Shown here: positions 36,684-49,249 of the stretch, one piece after another | Layout: the number at the start of each line of letters is the position of its first letter | Numbering within the stretch: the stretch's first letter is position 1 | From: Octopus sinensis | Taxonomy: Eukaryota | Length of the DNA: 64,000 nt | Direction of reading: 5' to 3' | NCBI RefSeq assembly: GCF_006345805.1 | Contig: NW_021833432.1 | Span: 1 to 64,000, forward strand | Notes under the pieces: generated by a model | Seen by the model: only the letters and a program-made list of their open reading frames with translations | Databases searched by the model: none | Told to the model about the DNA's origin: nothing | Made by a program: the position numbers and the translations under genes

Positions 36684-37527
36684 ATATATATATAATATAT
36701 ATATATATTATACAATTATAATCATACATATTTTTACTAATAAGGCATTACAGTGTGAATGCGAACGATATGTTTTGTTGGTTGGTTTTGCTGTTTCTCG
36801 CTGGTGATGTTTTTGTTTACCGCTTTCTGTTTTTTCTTAAACTTCACCATTCAGCATTTTCTGATAATGAAAGTTGTTAATTTGTTCAAAGACGGTTTGA
36901 ATCTTGATGACAAAATGGAGCATCCCTGAACCACTTCTTCAACATCTATCTTCAGTTTTTCTCAGGCCTCATGTGCTTTTACTCCTCTGACTTCATGCTA
37001 GGAACTTGTTGTCCTTGTATTGGGATAATCTTTCCTTTTCTAAGATCTGGCTTTTGTCCTTGTGCGTGTCTTGCAATAGGAACAGTGGATGTGTTGAATG
37101 AGTGCTGTAGAAGACAAACCACTTCGCTTGGTTAGCCTGCTGATAAGGATGATGGTATATTGTTCATGACAGAAGGTGCTGAAATATAATAGAGGCATAA
37201 GATATAAGACTCAAATATTGTCATTTAAAAACGATTTCTTTTCTCAGTTGAAAATTGACAAAAGGAATCGTAAAACTAGAAATTTAAAACATTTTGTTTT
37301 TGAAAAAGAACAAAGAACATTATAATAAAAAAAGTATTTAACTGTGGTTACTAAGTAACAATATTGTAAAAAATAACAACTTAAAAAAGGAGTTGGAATA
37401 TTGTTTAAGTAACTCAACCAGTAGAACAAACGTATATACTCTATGTACAGGTATTGCAAGAGATGGTTGTTTTAGTCCTTAAAATGTAAATACGATCGTA
37501 AGATAGATGTTAAGGTCTCTATAGAAT

Positions 37528-37975
37528 ACAATTATGATCAAAAGGTAGATGGTATTATCTGTACAGTATAGCTCACATGACTGGGGTTTATGAGGTGTAC
37601 AACAAAATTATGATCGCAAAAGATGTTGTAATTTGTACAATGTAATTATGACTACAAAAGATGTTACAGTTTATACAATGTAATTATGATCAGAAAAATG
37701 TTATAGTCTGTACAGTGTAGTTATGATCAGGAAAGATTTTATAGTCCCTACAAAGTAGTTATGGATCACGAAAAATGTTATAGTCTGTACAGTGTAGTTA
37801 TGATCACGTGATTGATGTTATAATTTGCACACTGTTGTTACGACCCTAAAATAGATGCTATACACTCGACAGTGTATATATAACCAAGACCTGATCGTTA
37901 TAGTCTGTTCGAAGTAGTTGCGATCAGGATATAAGTGGTATAGTCTCTACTGCAATGTTTAGATCAGGAGATAGT
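37528..37975. repeat. 38-bp minisatellite, array 1
   Basis: Units like agttatgatcacaaaagatgttatagtctgtacaatgt, ~11 copies, decaying toward the ends. Confidence 0.85.
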
Positions 37976-38320
37976 GCTTATTATTATTTCTACTGTATTA
38001 TGTGAGATCGAATGTTGATGGTTGTAGCTTCGATTGCATTATTTATATCAAAAGAAGTATTTTATTGTCTTGATATTATTTGCGGGAAGAAATTGATCTT
38101 TTAGATTTGATTGTTGTTTGTAAGACACAGAAGTATACTTCTTGTTGTTTTTCACGGAATTTGGTCTTAACGAAAATCTGCAAGAAACTGGTAGACCAAT
38201 CCTGGTTCTTTAAAAAAGTTTCGATGTTGTCAGTTGGAGAAGTTTGATGTTGAAAATAATCAAAGTTATTTTGTAATAGATGGTTCATACAGTGATATTC
38301 TTACATCCTTCAGGAGATTG

Positions 38321-38532
<212 letters not shown>

Positions 38533-39281
38533 GCGAAAGCTATCCAACATTCTCTCCAAAGGAGGGGGTTGTTTATGATAGTTGACCATGTTATATTTAG
38601 CAGACGAATGGCTGTTAATGAAATATTCTCAATGTTACTTTTAAATGACGCTGGATGTTGTTAGGCATTAGCCCTGGGACGGAGTGTTTAAAGTGTCCAT
38701 GTTATTGTGAACAACAGCTGGGTGCTGTACACATGTAGCCTTCTCGTTATTGATAACAGTAGCTGGTATGTGTTGGTGTAGCTATGTGTTGGTGTAGCTA
38801 CAAGAGCTGAATGTGACAAGTAGTCTCCATGTTGTAGTTGACAAGAGATGGATGTTAGAATTGAAATCTCCATGTTAACTGTGCACAGCATTTGATTGTT
38901 AGATATAATTTATGTAGCCTCCATGTTATTGATAACACTAACAATGTGTTGATGTAGCTAAATTAATTTTAGCAGCGAGTCGATATTATAAAGTCAGTGA
39001 GGTGTATAAATCAGGGTTTGTTGTTATAAATGCAGTACGTGAGATCTTCAGTACATGACAAGGTGTTATAAACACCCTCTAAGTTAACGCAGAAATATTT
39101 ATTGCTGTTATAGTATTAATATTAAAGTTATTTACAGCATTGACTGGTTGTATATGTATACTTATGTTTATTTTCAGAGGAGATGGAAATTTTAATTCTA
39201 AAATATGTTAGGTTTTTGCCCAAGTTAAACTCAATATGAATTCATTATTAATATGAGTTCCGAAAATTAAACAGTCATTTA

Positions 39282-39485
39282 GAGAAGATGTTATAATCCT
39301 TACAAAGTATTTATGATCATGAAAGATGTTATAGTTTATACAATGTAGTTATGATCATGGAAGATGTTATAGTCCTTACAATGTATTTAAGATCATGAAA
39401 GATCTTAAAGTTTATACGATGTAGTTATGATCACAAAAGATGTTATATTCCCTACAATGTAGTTATGATCACGAAAGATGTAATA
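39282..39485. repeat. 38-bp minisatellite, array 2 (alternating unit types)
   Basis: Same consensus as array 1; 5-6 units. Confidence 0.85.
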
Positions 39486-39599
39486 AATTGATAGATGTTA
39501 ATTAGAAAAGGGGTTAAAAAAGGGGTGAATGATATCAGTTGATAGGAAGGTATATTCTGAATAAGTGTTGAATGTTATGAATACATTCTCCATTTGATA

Positions 39600-39790
39600 G
39601 TGAACAATTGTTGTTTGTTGGTGCACGAAACATTGCTTTCGTATTATGGCGAACATTTGCTGTTTGTTCGTGTAGAAATACTGCGTCGTTTTTATGGTGA
39701 ACAATTGCTGGAGCTTGGTGTAGAAATATTGTCTTCATGTTATGGCGAACAATTCCTGGCTGCTGGTGTACAAAATATTTCCTCCATATT
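39600..39790. repeat. 48-bp minisatellite, ~4 units
   Basis: tatggcgaacatttgctgtttgttcgtgtagaaatactgcgtcgtttt and variants. Confidence 0.7.
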
Positions 39791-41700
39791 GTTGCTGCTT
39801 GTTAGGGGTACTATTCATGTTGACAGCAAGAGTCACATGATATGAATATGTCATCTTTAACATAAACTGGATGTTAAAGGAGCTTCATATCATATGTGCG
39901 TCTACTCTTTGCTATGTTCCATGGGCGCTCGGTGTTAAATATGTGGTCTTTCCTATATTTAATTGGAACATGGTGTTACGGAGTGTTTCTACGTTAGTTT
40001 AAACATTAAAAGATATAATCTGACCAATAATTGAACCTTTATATGCTGTCGTTGAAATCGCAGCCCAGTCAATCGATAATTAAGAGAGGGCGTTAATTAA
40101 TTAATGTAGCCTGACATACACCGTCAGGATAAATGAGATTGGAACGACTTTGATCAAGGTCAGCCAACATGTGACAGGGTTGATCTCTACTAAAACAACA
40201 TCTACAACAAACTGTAGTGTTGTTAGTAGTGTTAGTAGTGTTAATAGTAAGGGGGAGAGGCCTGTTAGTGGTATTAGTAGGGACGTTAGTGGTGTTAGTG
40301 ATGTTATGGGTGAAGGGAGATGGGTTAGTCCTACAACTTGACTGTTGCGGTTGTTTAGGCCCCCGAAATCCATCCCTAGCCCAGAAGCCTAGCTGCGATA
40401 CAAGCCATGCCAGCCACATTCATCATATTAGGAGGCCCCAGACTTCACTACTTAATGTGGCCTTCTTCTTAGATGTTATTTGAGAGGGATTTAGCTTCCA
40501 TATTTTTTGGTTAGCTGTAGAACTATTTATCCTGCAACGCTCGCAGTCATTTACTCATTGTTATATTTAACAACAGTTGACTGCTTTCGATTAACACCTT
40601 GTTGCAGGCAGTTAGGCTTTGATGTTATACCGTTATACCATGTTTACATTGAACAAGAAGTGTTAATAACTAACATCCAGTATTTAATAGCAGCTGAAGG
40701 TTATAAAAGTATGTCTTTGATATCACTATTATGTTTAAAGTAAGACGTTATAAGGCGTTGCATTTAACACGAGGTGAATGTTTTCAATTTTTACTTTGTT
40801 TGTAATTCCTATCTACACCATGTTATATTACTCCTTATAAAATATTGTTATAATATCAATATCTGTGCATAGAGGTTTTTTTTTCTCTCTTTTCCAATAT
40901 TTCTGTCTCCTTCCATCTTTCAATTTTGGAGTTGTTATTATTAAACCCTGCATCGTTCTTTTTATCTGTTATTTTTATCTCACTGCTACACATTGTTATT
41001 ATAGCTACAGGCTGTTATCTCAACATCAGCCATTTATATGACTGTTATCAATGTTTATTTTAGAACTTTTGTTTGTATAAATGTTTTTATCATTGCTATA
41101 ACAGTTCTCTGTTATCATTAAACTGTTCACTCTCAACAAATATTTTCTCAACTGTTGTTCTTTTAATATAAATTGTATCGTAATAAACGCCATTTTTCCT
41201 TCCGTTTTTAGTCAAAATCATTCTCAGTGAATTCCCTACTGTGTGACAATGAAAGTCACATTTTACCGTGAAGGTGGTCACGAGAAGAATCCAATAATCT
41301 AAGAGTATATAACAATTGCTTTAGTAGATGGATAAACACTGCTTTATGGTTGTAATCTGGAAGAAAACGGAAAAAAGGCCCAGGATGGCCGTAGTCCTGT
41401 AACCGAAACAAATAAAAGAAAGTTTGAAAGAAAGAAAGGAAATTTCATACTTTACCTCTTCATGTCTAATTCGTTAATAATGCCAGATTATAAAGGCACA
41501 GATGCATTAATCTTCTCAAGTTTTATTTGAATATGAAATCCGCGTCAGCGCAGGAATGCACGGACGGCTCTAGTTACGCTGAAAACGAACATATTTTTAT
41601 GTTTAGCCAAAGAATCGGGTTGTACATGGGAAGATAAATAGATAGATAGAGAGATAGGTAGGTAGGTAAATAGATAAATAGATAGATAGATAAATAGATA

Positions 41701-41774
<74 letters not shown>

Positions 41775-41895
41775 TAGATAGATAGATAGACAGATAGATA
41801 GATAGACAGATAGACAGAAAGTGAGATACATAGATAAATAGATAGCTAGACAGACACACAGATAGATATATAGATAGATAGATAGATAGATAGAT

Positions 41896-41954
<59 letters not shown>

Positions 41955-41984
41955 CATCTCTCTTTCTCCCTCCCTCTCTCTGTC

Positions 41985-42340
41985 ACATTGCCGATTAAGT
42001 TGACCCACGACCGTCAAGCGAAGTTCAACATTCGGGGCCGCTTCGTGAATCAATGTCAGGAGGGAAGAGACATTGGGCTGACTGCCAAATTGAATGTGTA
42101 CAAAGCAGTTGTATTTCCTAGGCTACTGTACACTTATGAATCTTTGATAATGTACGAACATCACGCACAGAAAGCTAAACCGCTTCCAGATCAACTTGAG
42201 AGAGAAAGCTGTCGAAAACCACTCTGGCAAGACAAGGTCCCAGACAGACCTTCGCTCGAGCTGATCTGTCAAGCATTTGCACACTGCTGAGAAGAGCGCA
42301 AGTCAGTTGCTCAGGTCACCTTTTTCGAATGCCTGACACA
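41985..42340 (+). mobile_element. RTE-clade LINE fragment (post-RT region)
   Basis: IGLTAKLNVYKAVVFPRLLYTYES...WQDKVPD. Confidence 0.8.
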
Positions 42341-42364
42341 TGACTCCCCACGATAACCCATCAG

Positions 42365-42550
42365 TTTGCTGTGACACTCAGGACTTTAATCAGAGACTGA
42401 AGGTTTCATATTAGCGGCACAAGATCAAAGGTTGCTTACCACAATCTTCTAAGCTAACGTTCATGAAAACGGTTCTGACCCTATATGCAGATTCTGCGAT
42501 ACATTTGCTGAAACAATTGACCATCTCGACTCGGGATGTCCTGTGCTAAC
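42365..42550 (+). mobile_element. Dong/R4-type LINE fragment (CCHC region)
   Basis: ETEGFILAAQDQ...DPICRFCDTFAETIDHLDSGCPVL. Confidence 0.8.
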
Positions 42551-43004
42551 ATCAAGAAGAACAATAACATGGAGAAGAATAAGCAGTAGAAGGAAGGAAG
42601 GAAAGAAGGCGAGTAGTTAAGGAAAAAGAAGACGAAAACGAAGGAGGAGAAGTTAAGGAAGAATAAGAAGGACAAGGAAAGGGACAAGAAGAAGATGAAA
42701 AATAAAAAGAAGGGTAAGAAGAAGATGAAGGAAGAGAAGAACAAGGAGATGAAGAAGAAGAGCAAGAAGAGAAGAGGCAGAGAAAGAAGAAAAGGGGGGA
42801 GATAAAGAAAGTCAAGAAAAAGGAAAGTCAGTGAAGAAGGAGGAGGGGAGGAGGAGGAGAAGAAATATGAGAGGGGGAAGGAAGAGAAGAAAAAGAAGAG
42901 ATAGCATCAAAAGAAGAAAAAAGAAGAGAAGGGTGCGAAGAAGAAGAAGACGAAAGAGAAGAAGGATGTGTAAGAAGAAGAAAGAGAAGAAGAAAGGAAA
43001 CTAA

Positions 43005-43410
43005 TCGCATTCCTTTAAGAAAACAACTTGCTGAGTGATACCCAGCATGGTTTTCGACCAGGTAAGAGCTGCCAGACCCAGCTCTTGCAGCACTAGGAAA
43101 GGGTGTTGAGGCAGTTACTGAACAAATCAAATGTGGGAGTAATATACTTTGACTTTGCAAAAGCTTTTGATAAAGTGGATCATGGTATGATATGCCACAA
43201 GCTGCGTGATCTTGGCATAGCTGGAAAATTTGAAGAGCGGTTATATGACTTACTGAAAGATAAAAGTCAGGTAGCAGTGGCCAATGGAGCCACCTCGAAG
43301 AAAAAACAAATAGTGAGCAGTGTTCCACAGGACACTGTCTTGGGACCACTGCTTTTTATAGTGGCCCTCTCAGATATGCCATCAGCTGCCCAGATAGCCA
43401 CCCTTGCAAG
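43005..43410 (+). mobile_element. CR1/L2-group LINE RT fragment
   Basis: VIYFDFAKAFDKVDHGMICHKL...[15 protein letters not shown]. Confidence 0.88.
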
Positions 43411-43976
43411 TTGAACCAACGTATGTTTCTGACAAATGAATCGCATTTGAAGCCATGGTCTTCTAAGATGAAGATTGGTTTGTCTTCGGAGCAGTCATAG
43501 AATGTAATTTTTGTGGCGGGAACACAAATTATTTTGGGGTCATATTCTCGCATATCAGTTATAAAAAGTTTGTATAAGTCTGTAAAGACAATTTCGCAGT
43601 CAGGTATTCAAATACAGCAACCGAATAATTTTTTGACTTTGCTAGAGGATGGACTTATTTTGCTGGTGAGCTGAGGACAATAATATGCAGTTTAATGCTG
43701 AAAAATATCTTCTGGATTAACAATATCTGGAAAAGATTGCAAGTTGAACCAACGTATGTTTCTGACAAATGAATCGCATTTGAAGTCATGGTCTTCTAAG
43801 ATGAAGATTGGTTTGTCTTCGGAGCAGTCATAGAATGTAATTTTTGTGGCGGGAACACAAATTATTTTGGGGTCATATTCTCGCATATCAGTTATAAAAA
43901 GCTTGTATAAGTCTGTAAAGACAATTTCGCAGTCAGGTATTCAAATACAGCAGCCGAATAATTTTTTGACTTTGCT
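43404..43976. repeat. Recent direct duplication, 240-bp unit (43404-43643 and 43737-43976)
   Basis: Only ~3 substitutions seen; 93-bp spacer. Confidence 0.92.
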
Positions 43977-45035
43977 TGGCATTGTTCAAGTAACAATTAC
44001 AATTCAACAAGATTGATGTATAAATTAATTTTAAAAATCAATCTATAATTTATATAATATCCATAAGAATTTGATTTTCACGTCAGTTGGATAGCTAAGA
44101 GAAGTGAAAAGTGAAAAGAAATATTCAATAAACGTTCGTTGTTATGTCATAATCCTCTTGTTGATTATGACATAGTTAATTTAGGAAGTGGGCGAATTGG
44201 CGTAACTGTTACTGCATTGGATAGAATGTTTTGCTGCGTATGTTTCAATTCTTTGCGTACTGAGTTCAATTCCTGGCAAAGTCAATTTTGTCTTTTATAA
44301 TTTCAGAGTCAGTAAATGAAGTAACAATCAAGGAATGGTGTTTATTCTTATTTCTAACTTGCTGTCTGGATTGTAACATATTTTCAATGGTGCAAATTTG
44401 TAATATTGTGTCACGCTATTTGGTCCTGAGAATTACATCAAGGGTACATGTATTTGAAAGAAAGGGGCAGTGCTTATGGGTCTATGGATTGATTGGATGC
44501 AATTCAGGTTCTAGTTGAATCTTTAATGAGTGAAAAGCTTGCGAAGAGACATGAGCAGAGAGAAAGTTTCAGAGGGTTTACTTTTTCGGAAGGCGTGAGC
44601 GTATTAATTAGTGCAGAAGCTGGAAGTTGAGACATAACAATAGTGGCAGCAGGAGGAGAGTAAGGCCACTCCTTAAACTCATTTTATTCTAAGAATGAAA
44701 GCTGATACTGGATATCAAATTGGTGGACGGGTTTTGCTGAATAATCCTGCCTTTGAGAAGCAGGCCGAACCCCACTGGCCAGACGAAAGAGACTCTATTG
44801 GACACTTCACGGGGAGACGATTCTACATATATATTTACCAGCGCGTTTCGATCCTGTGTATACAACCCTGATGTTCTCGAATTCTTTGAAAGCAGGGATT
44901 CACATTCCTCCAAAGCTCCTTATCTGATGCATAATCTTCCCAAGTGTCAGTATGGATATTCATCTTTTTGAGTGTCTTTCTTTAAAAGTTGTCTTCAAAT
45001 AAGTAGTTTTCGAATATGAAAATGTTACAAGTGTG

Positions 45036-45207
45036 TGTTATTAGCATTTATAGAACACGTATCCTTTAGAAACTTAAACATTTAAAGACAGAGAAGGAAA
45101 ATTGTTAAAAGTCTTATAAAAGTTTATAAAACTTTTAACACCTCTTTTCCATCTTTAATTGTTTGTTGTGTTTCTCTAGAATAAGTGTTCTATAAATGCT
45201 CATAACA
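45036..45207. repeat. Diverged ~170-bp palindrome (MITE-like)
   Basis: tgttattagcatttatagaacac / gtgttctataaatgctcataaca, centred on ttataaaagtttataa. Confidence 0.65.
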
Positions 45208-45208
45208 G

Positions 45209-45239
<31 letters not shown>

Positions 45240-45436
45240 TTAAGTAGTTGAATGAATTATCTTATTATGGATAATTCGGTTAACCGATACCTGGGTAGCA
45301 AATTCACGTCAGAAAAACACGGTTGAAGCTACATGCCAAGGGCAGAGATCACGTGCTTTCGTGTGGAAATTTGTGCGTTTTTTAAATACAAATAAATGAA
45401 AGAATGGAGTTGAACGACGAATTAACAAAATTCCTT

Positions 45437-45521
45437 TATTCTCGACATATGTTTCGAAGGCAGCATATTCCTAATTTCGAAGGAATAAGGGGTGCATTAT
45501 GCCGTCTTCTCATCAGGAACT
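45437..45521 (-). ncRNA. Type I hammerhead ribozyme, canonical core
   Basis: Minus strand: ttc CTGATGA gaag a cggcat...attcct tcgaaatt aggaat atgctg c cttc GAAA catat GTC gag. G10.1-C11.1 pair, long stem II, palindromic stem III acatatgt, GUC triplet; stem I only 3 bp. Predicted cut between 45444 and 45443. Confidence 0.65.
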
Positions 45522-45625
45522 TATGTCAGCATCAAGATGAACAAAAGCTTTTAGATGACTGCCCACACGGAGCCCATAGCGATAATCGCTTACTGTTTAC
45601 ATCTCGTTCAGAGATTTATTATTGC

Positions 45626-45685
<60 letters not shown>

Positions 45686-45771
45686 ATACATATATACATA
45701 TATACATACATACATATATATATATATACATATATACATATATACATACATACATATATACATACATACAT

Positions 45772-45803
<32 letters not shown>

Positions 45804-45889
45804 CATATATACTTACATACATATATATATATATATATACATATATACATATATACATACATACATATATATATATAATATATATATAT

Positions 45890-47062
45890 AACTTAGAATA
45901 ACTTAGAAAGGTTTTGGCCAGTATTGGCCCAGGCCATGTCTAACTTAATAGCACCACCTGGCGAAGTCTTTCAGGTCAGGATTTGGGCACCAAGGCCCAT
46001 TCGAGCAGAGAGTTATTGTTTGCGGAGACATATCCGGGTGTGGGTGGTTTGTCCGGTACTGTTTGAAGGAATTTGTCCAAAGACTTCTTGAATTTTGTGT
46101 GGTCAGTTTCTTTTTTGACGTGTCCTGGTGTAATGTTGAAGAGAGCAGGTCCAATTGAGGTGAAATAGTTGTGCCGTATTGTCGTTATGTGATTTAGATT
46201 TTTGTTGTGGACGGATGGCACGTGGTCCAAGCCTTGGATGCATTTTGAAGGTGATGCCAACATCATTCGGACAGTGCTGATGGAATATTTTCCACATCAT
46301 ACAGATAATGTAGCGTTCACGGCGTCGTTGGAGTGAATACAATTTCAGCTTCTCTAGTCTACCCCAGTAGTCAAGGTCTGACATGCCATCTATCTTTTTT
46401 GTGATTGACCTTTGGGGAGCTTCAATTCTCATAATATTTTGTTTTGTGTAGGGAGACCACAGTGGACAGCAGTATTCAAGGTGGGGTCGGGCAAAAGTGG
46501 AGAAGAGAAGGATAATAGCGTGGGAATTTCTCGACTGGAAGGTTCTGAGAATCCAGGAACACATTCTGCGGGCCATGTCAACTTTGCTGCTTATATGTGT
46601 AGCCCAGCTTATGTTGTTGTCCACTGTTACTCCCAGGTCTCTGATGTTGTTGGATGCCATGAGAATTTCTCCAGAAGGAAGAGAGTATGGGAATTTCAGA
46701 GCGTCCTCCCTTCCAAAGTGGATCAGTTCGAATTTGTCTTCATTTAGCAACATGTTATTCTTTTCCGCCCATTGGACAACAGCCAGTAGGTCTGACTGAA
46801 GGTTTATTCGGTCATCCACGCCATTGATGACCTTCTGGAGCTTGGAATCATCAGCGAAGGTTCTGATGTTACTGTGTTTGATGGTGTCAGTAATATCATT
46901 TATGTAGATGATGAAGAGAAGTGGGCCCAACACAGTGCCTTGTGGGACACCACTGGTGACTTTGGCTGGGCTGGATTTGACTCTTTCGACTATAACATGT
47001 TGGGATCTGTTAGACAGGAAGCGCTTGATCCACTGCAGCAGCTTTCCAGTAACACCAATATA
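45890..47062 (-). mobile_element. 5'-truncated CR1-group LINE (RT C-terminal half) with short tandem-repeat tail
   Basis: [43 protein letters not shown]; one frameshift near 46250; tail (ttctaagtta)2. Confidence 0.93.
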
Positions 47063-47063
47063 T

Positions 47064-47150
47064 AAACGAAATTTTTACAAAATATCAACATTCTCCATCT
47101 CGCAAACAATTTCTCTCTCTCTCTCTCTCTCTCTTCTATGTATATATATA

Positions 47151-47230
<80 letters not shown>

Positions 47231-47237
47231 ATATGTA

Positions 47238-47293
<56 letters not shown>

Positions 47294-47458
47294 TACATAC
47301 ATATATACATATATACTATATACATATATACATACATACATACATACATGCATACACACACATATATATATATATATATAGAAAGAGAGAGAGAGATAGA
47401 GAGAGAGAGAGATTGTTTGCGAGATGGAGAATGTTGATATTTTGTAAAAATTTCGTTT
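47064..47458. repeat. Inverted repeat (~90-bp arms) around a TA-rich tract, abutting the LINE 5' end
   Basis: aaacgaaatttttacaaaatatcaacattctccatctcgcaaacaat(ct)n and its reverse complement at ~47370-47458. Confidence 0.92.
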
Positions 47459-48272
47459 TTTAGACTGTAAATAAATAAAATATATTTGTATTATTTATAT
47501 TATTATATATAATATATATAGTAGTGTATACAAAGCCAACGGTTGCAGCAGGTGTCCCTCATGACATTAATCATTTATTTAGGATCTCTACTTTCCCAAG
47601 TAAATTAATTATTCACTGTATATATTTATTCCAAAGGCAACAACCAGCCAAGTGTTTCCTAAGAAAAGAGTCCCTGTAGAAGACATTTATTAAAATATAC
47701 ACATGTCTCTCAAATTCACCTAGCAGCTGGATATGATAATTCTGCAGAAACATTGTTTAAATCTTTTGCGTTTTTTTTAAAATCTTTTTTTACTTGTTTG
47801 ATTCACTGAATTGCGACCATGCTGGAACACCTCTTTGAAGAGTTTTAATCAAAACAAACTGAGACCCGTACATATGGCTTTTAGAGCCGGGTATTTTCTT
47901 TGACCGAACCGGAAAATATTTAGACAATGAATTGCGATCTCACCCTCTACCTCCCTCCTTCCTTTTTTCCCCTCCCCTCCCTTCCCTTCGCCCTCTCTTT
48001 CACGCACACTCTCTCTCACACTCACTCTCTCTCACCCAGTAACTGCATTTTCCTGCACTCATGAGCATCCATGCGTGTTTGCTTCTTGTGGTGTAACATA
48101 CTGTAGCCAAAACACGTCGAATGTCCACTCAGCCGTGACATTCATCAGAGACCTAATGCTTTGCCAAATTAATACAGAAATTTTGCATGAAGAAAACTCC
48201 ATAAATTTATGTATGTTTATACAGATATACACACGTACGTATGCATATATACCTATACATACATGTATACAT

Positions 48273-48303
<31 letters not shown>

Positions 48304-48372
48304 CATATATGTACATATATATATATGTATATATATATACACACATATATATATATATATGTCTGTATATAT

Positions 48373-48795
48373 GAGTGGCTGTGTGGTAAGTAGCTTGCTA
48401 ACCAACCACATGGTTCCGGGTTCAATCCCACTGCGTGGCATCTTGGGCAAGTGTCTTCTACTATAGCTCCGGGCCGACCAATGCCTTGTGAGTAGATTTG
48501 GTAGACGGAAACTGAAAGAAGCCTGTCGTATATATGTATATATATATATGTGTGTATGTGTTTGTGTGTCTGTGTTTGTCCCCCCCCCAACATCGCTTGA
48601 CAATCGATGCTGGTGTGTTTACGTCCCCGTTACTTAGCGGTTCGGCAAAAGAGACCGATAGAATAAGTAGGCTTACAATGAATAAGTGGGCTTACAATGA
48701 ATAAGTCCCAGGGTCGAATTGCTCGACTAAAGGCGGTGCTCCAGCATGGCCGCAGTCAAATGACTGAAACAAGTAAAAGAGTAAAGAGTAAAGAG
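48373..48795 (+). mobile_element. SINE family A, near full length
   Basis: As 3813; contains an internal duplication ggcttacaatgaataagt x2. Confidence 0.9.
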
Positions 48796-49249
48796 TATAT
48801 ATATATATATATATAATATATGTATGTATATGTATATATATATGTGTGTGTGTGTGTGCAGAAAGTTGAAAAGTAACATACGTGTTGATATGTATAACGA
48901 AAATAGGACAAGGTAGAAAATGCTAAAATAATTTTATCATGAAGGACATTTTAGTACCAGTTTCAGTCTTAGCGACATTAAAAAATTTTTAAAGTAATCA
49001 TGAAAAAGAATTCAATTGTGGAACAGTATAAGGACACAGGGAAAAAAATGTGTCGAAGCTGTCAGGAGGCGTTCGATGCCTCCTAGGGCTATACAACGGT
49101 GGTGTACCCCCTACTGTCACGTTCTTGTTAGATTGACAGTATACAACCATTCTATCGCCCCACCACCGTACATATCTCTACGAGAGATTTAGAAATTCAA
49201 TATTTCTTAAATGAAATGTTGTTTTTTCTAATATTTCCATAATTTTCAA

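Noticed and set aside
36900-37175. Minus-strand acceptor followed by protein-like frames
   Set aside because: All three frames hit stops within 4-45 codons and no product is recognisable; noted only as context for the 38305 candidate.
37528-37975. CRISPR-like appearance of the 38-bp repeat
   Set aside because: Units are head-to-tail without unique spacers, no cas genes are present, and the context is eukaryotic.
40093-40419. Thr/Asn-rich ORF with CCRCC..PCH resembling a Gag zinc knuckle
   Set aside because: Spacing does not fit CX2CX4HX4C, the core is a (TAGTGT)-like repeat, and no LTR or pol sequence is nearby.
42481-43000. Purine-rich tract giving E/K-, F- or S-rich frames
   Set aside because: Degenerate (GAA)n low complexity between LINE fragments.
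48105-48150. Minus-strand CTGATGA atgtc...gacat motif
   Set aside because: Good hairpin, but GAAA is absent and there is no stem I.
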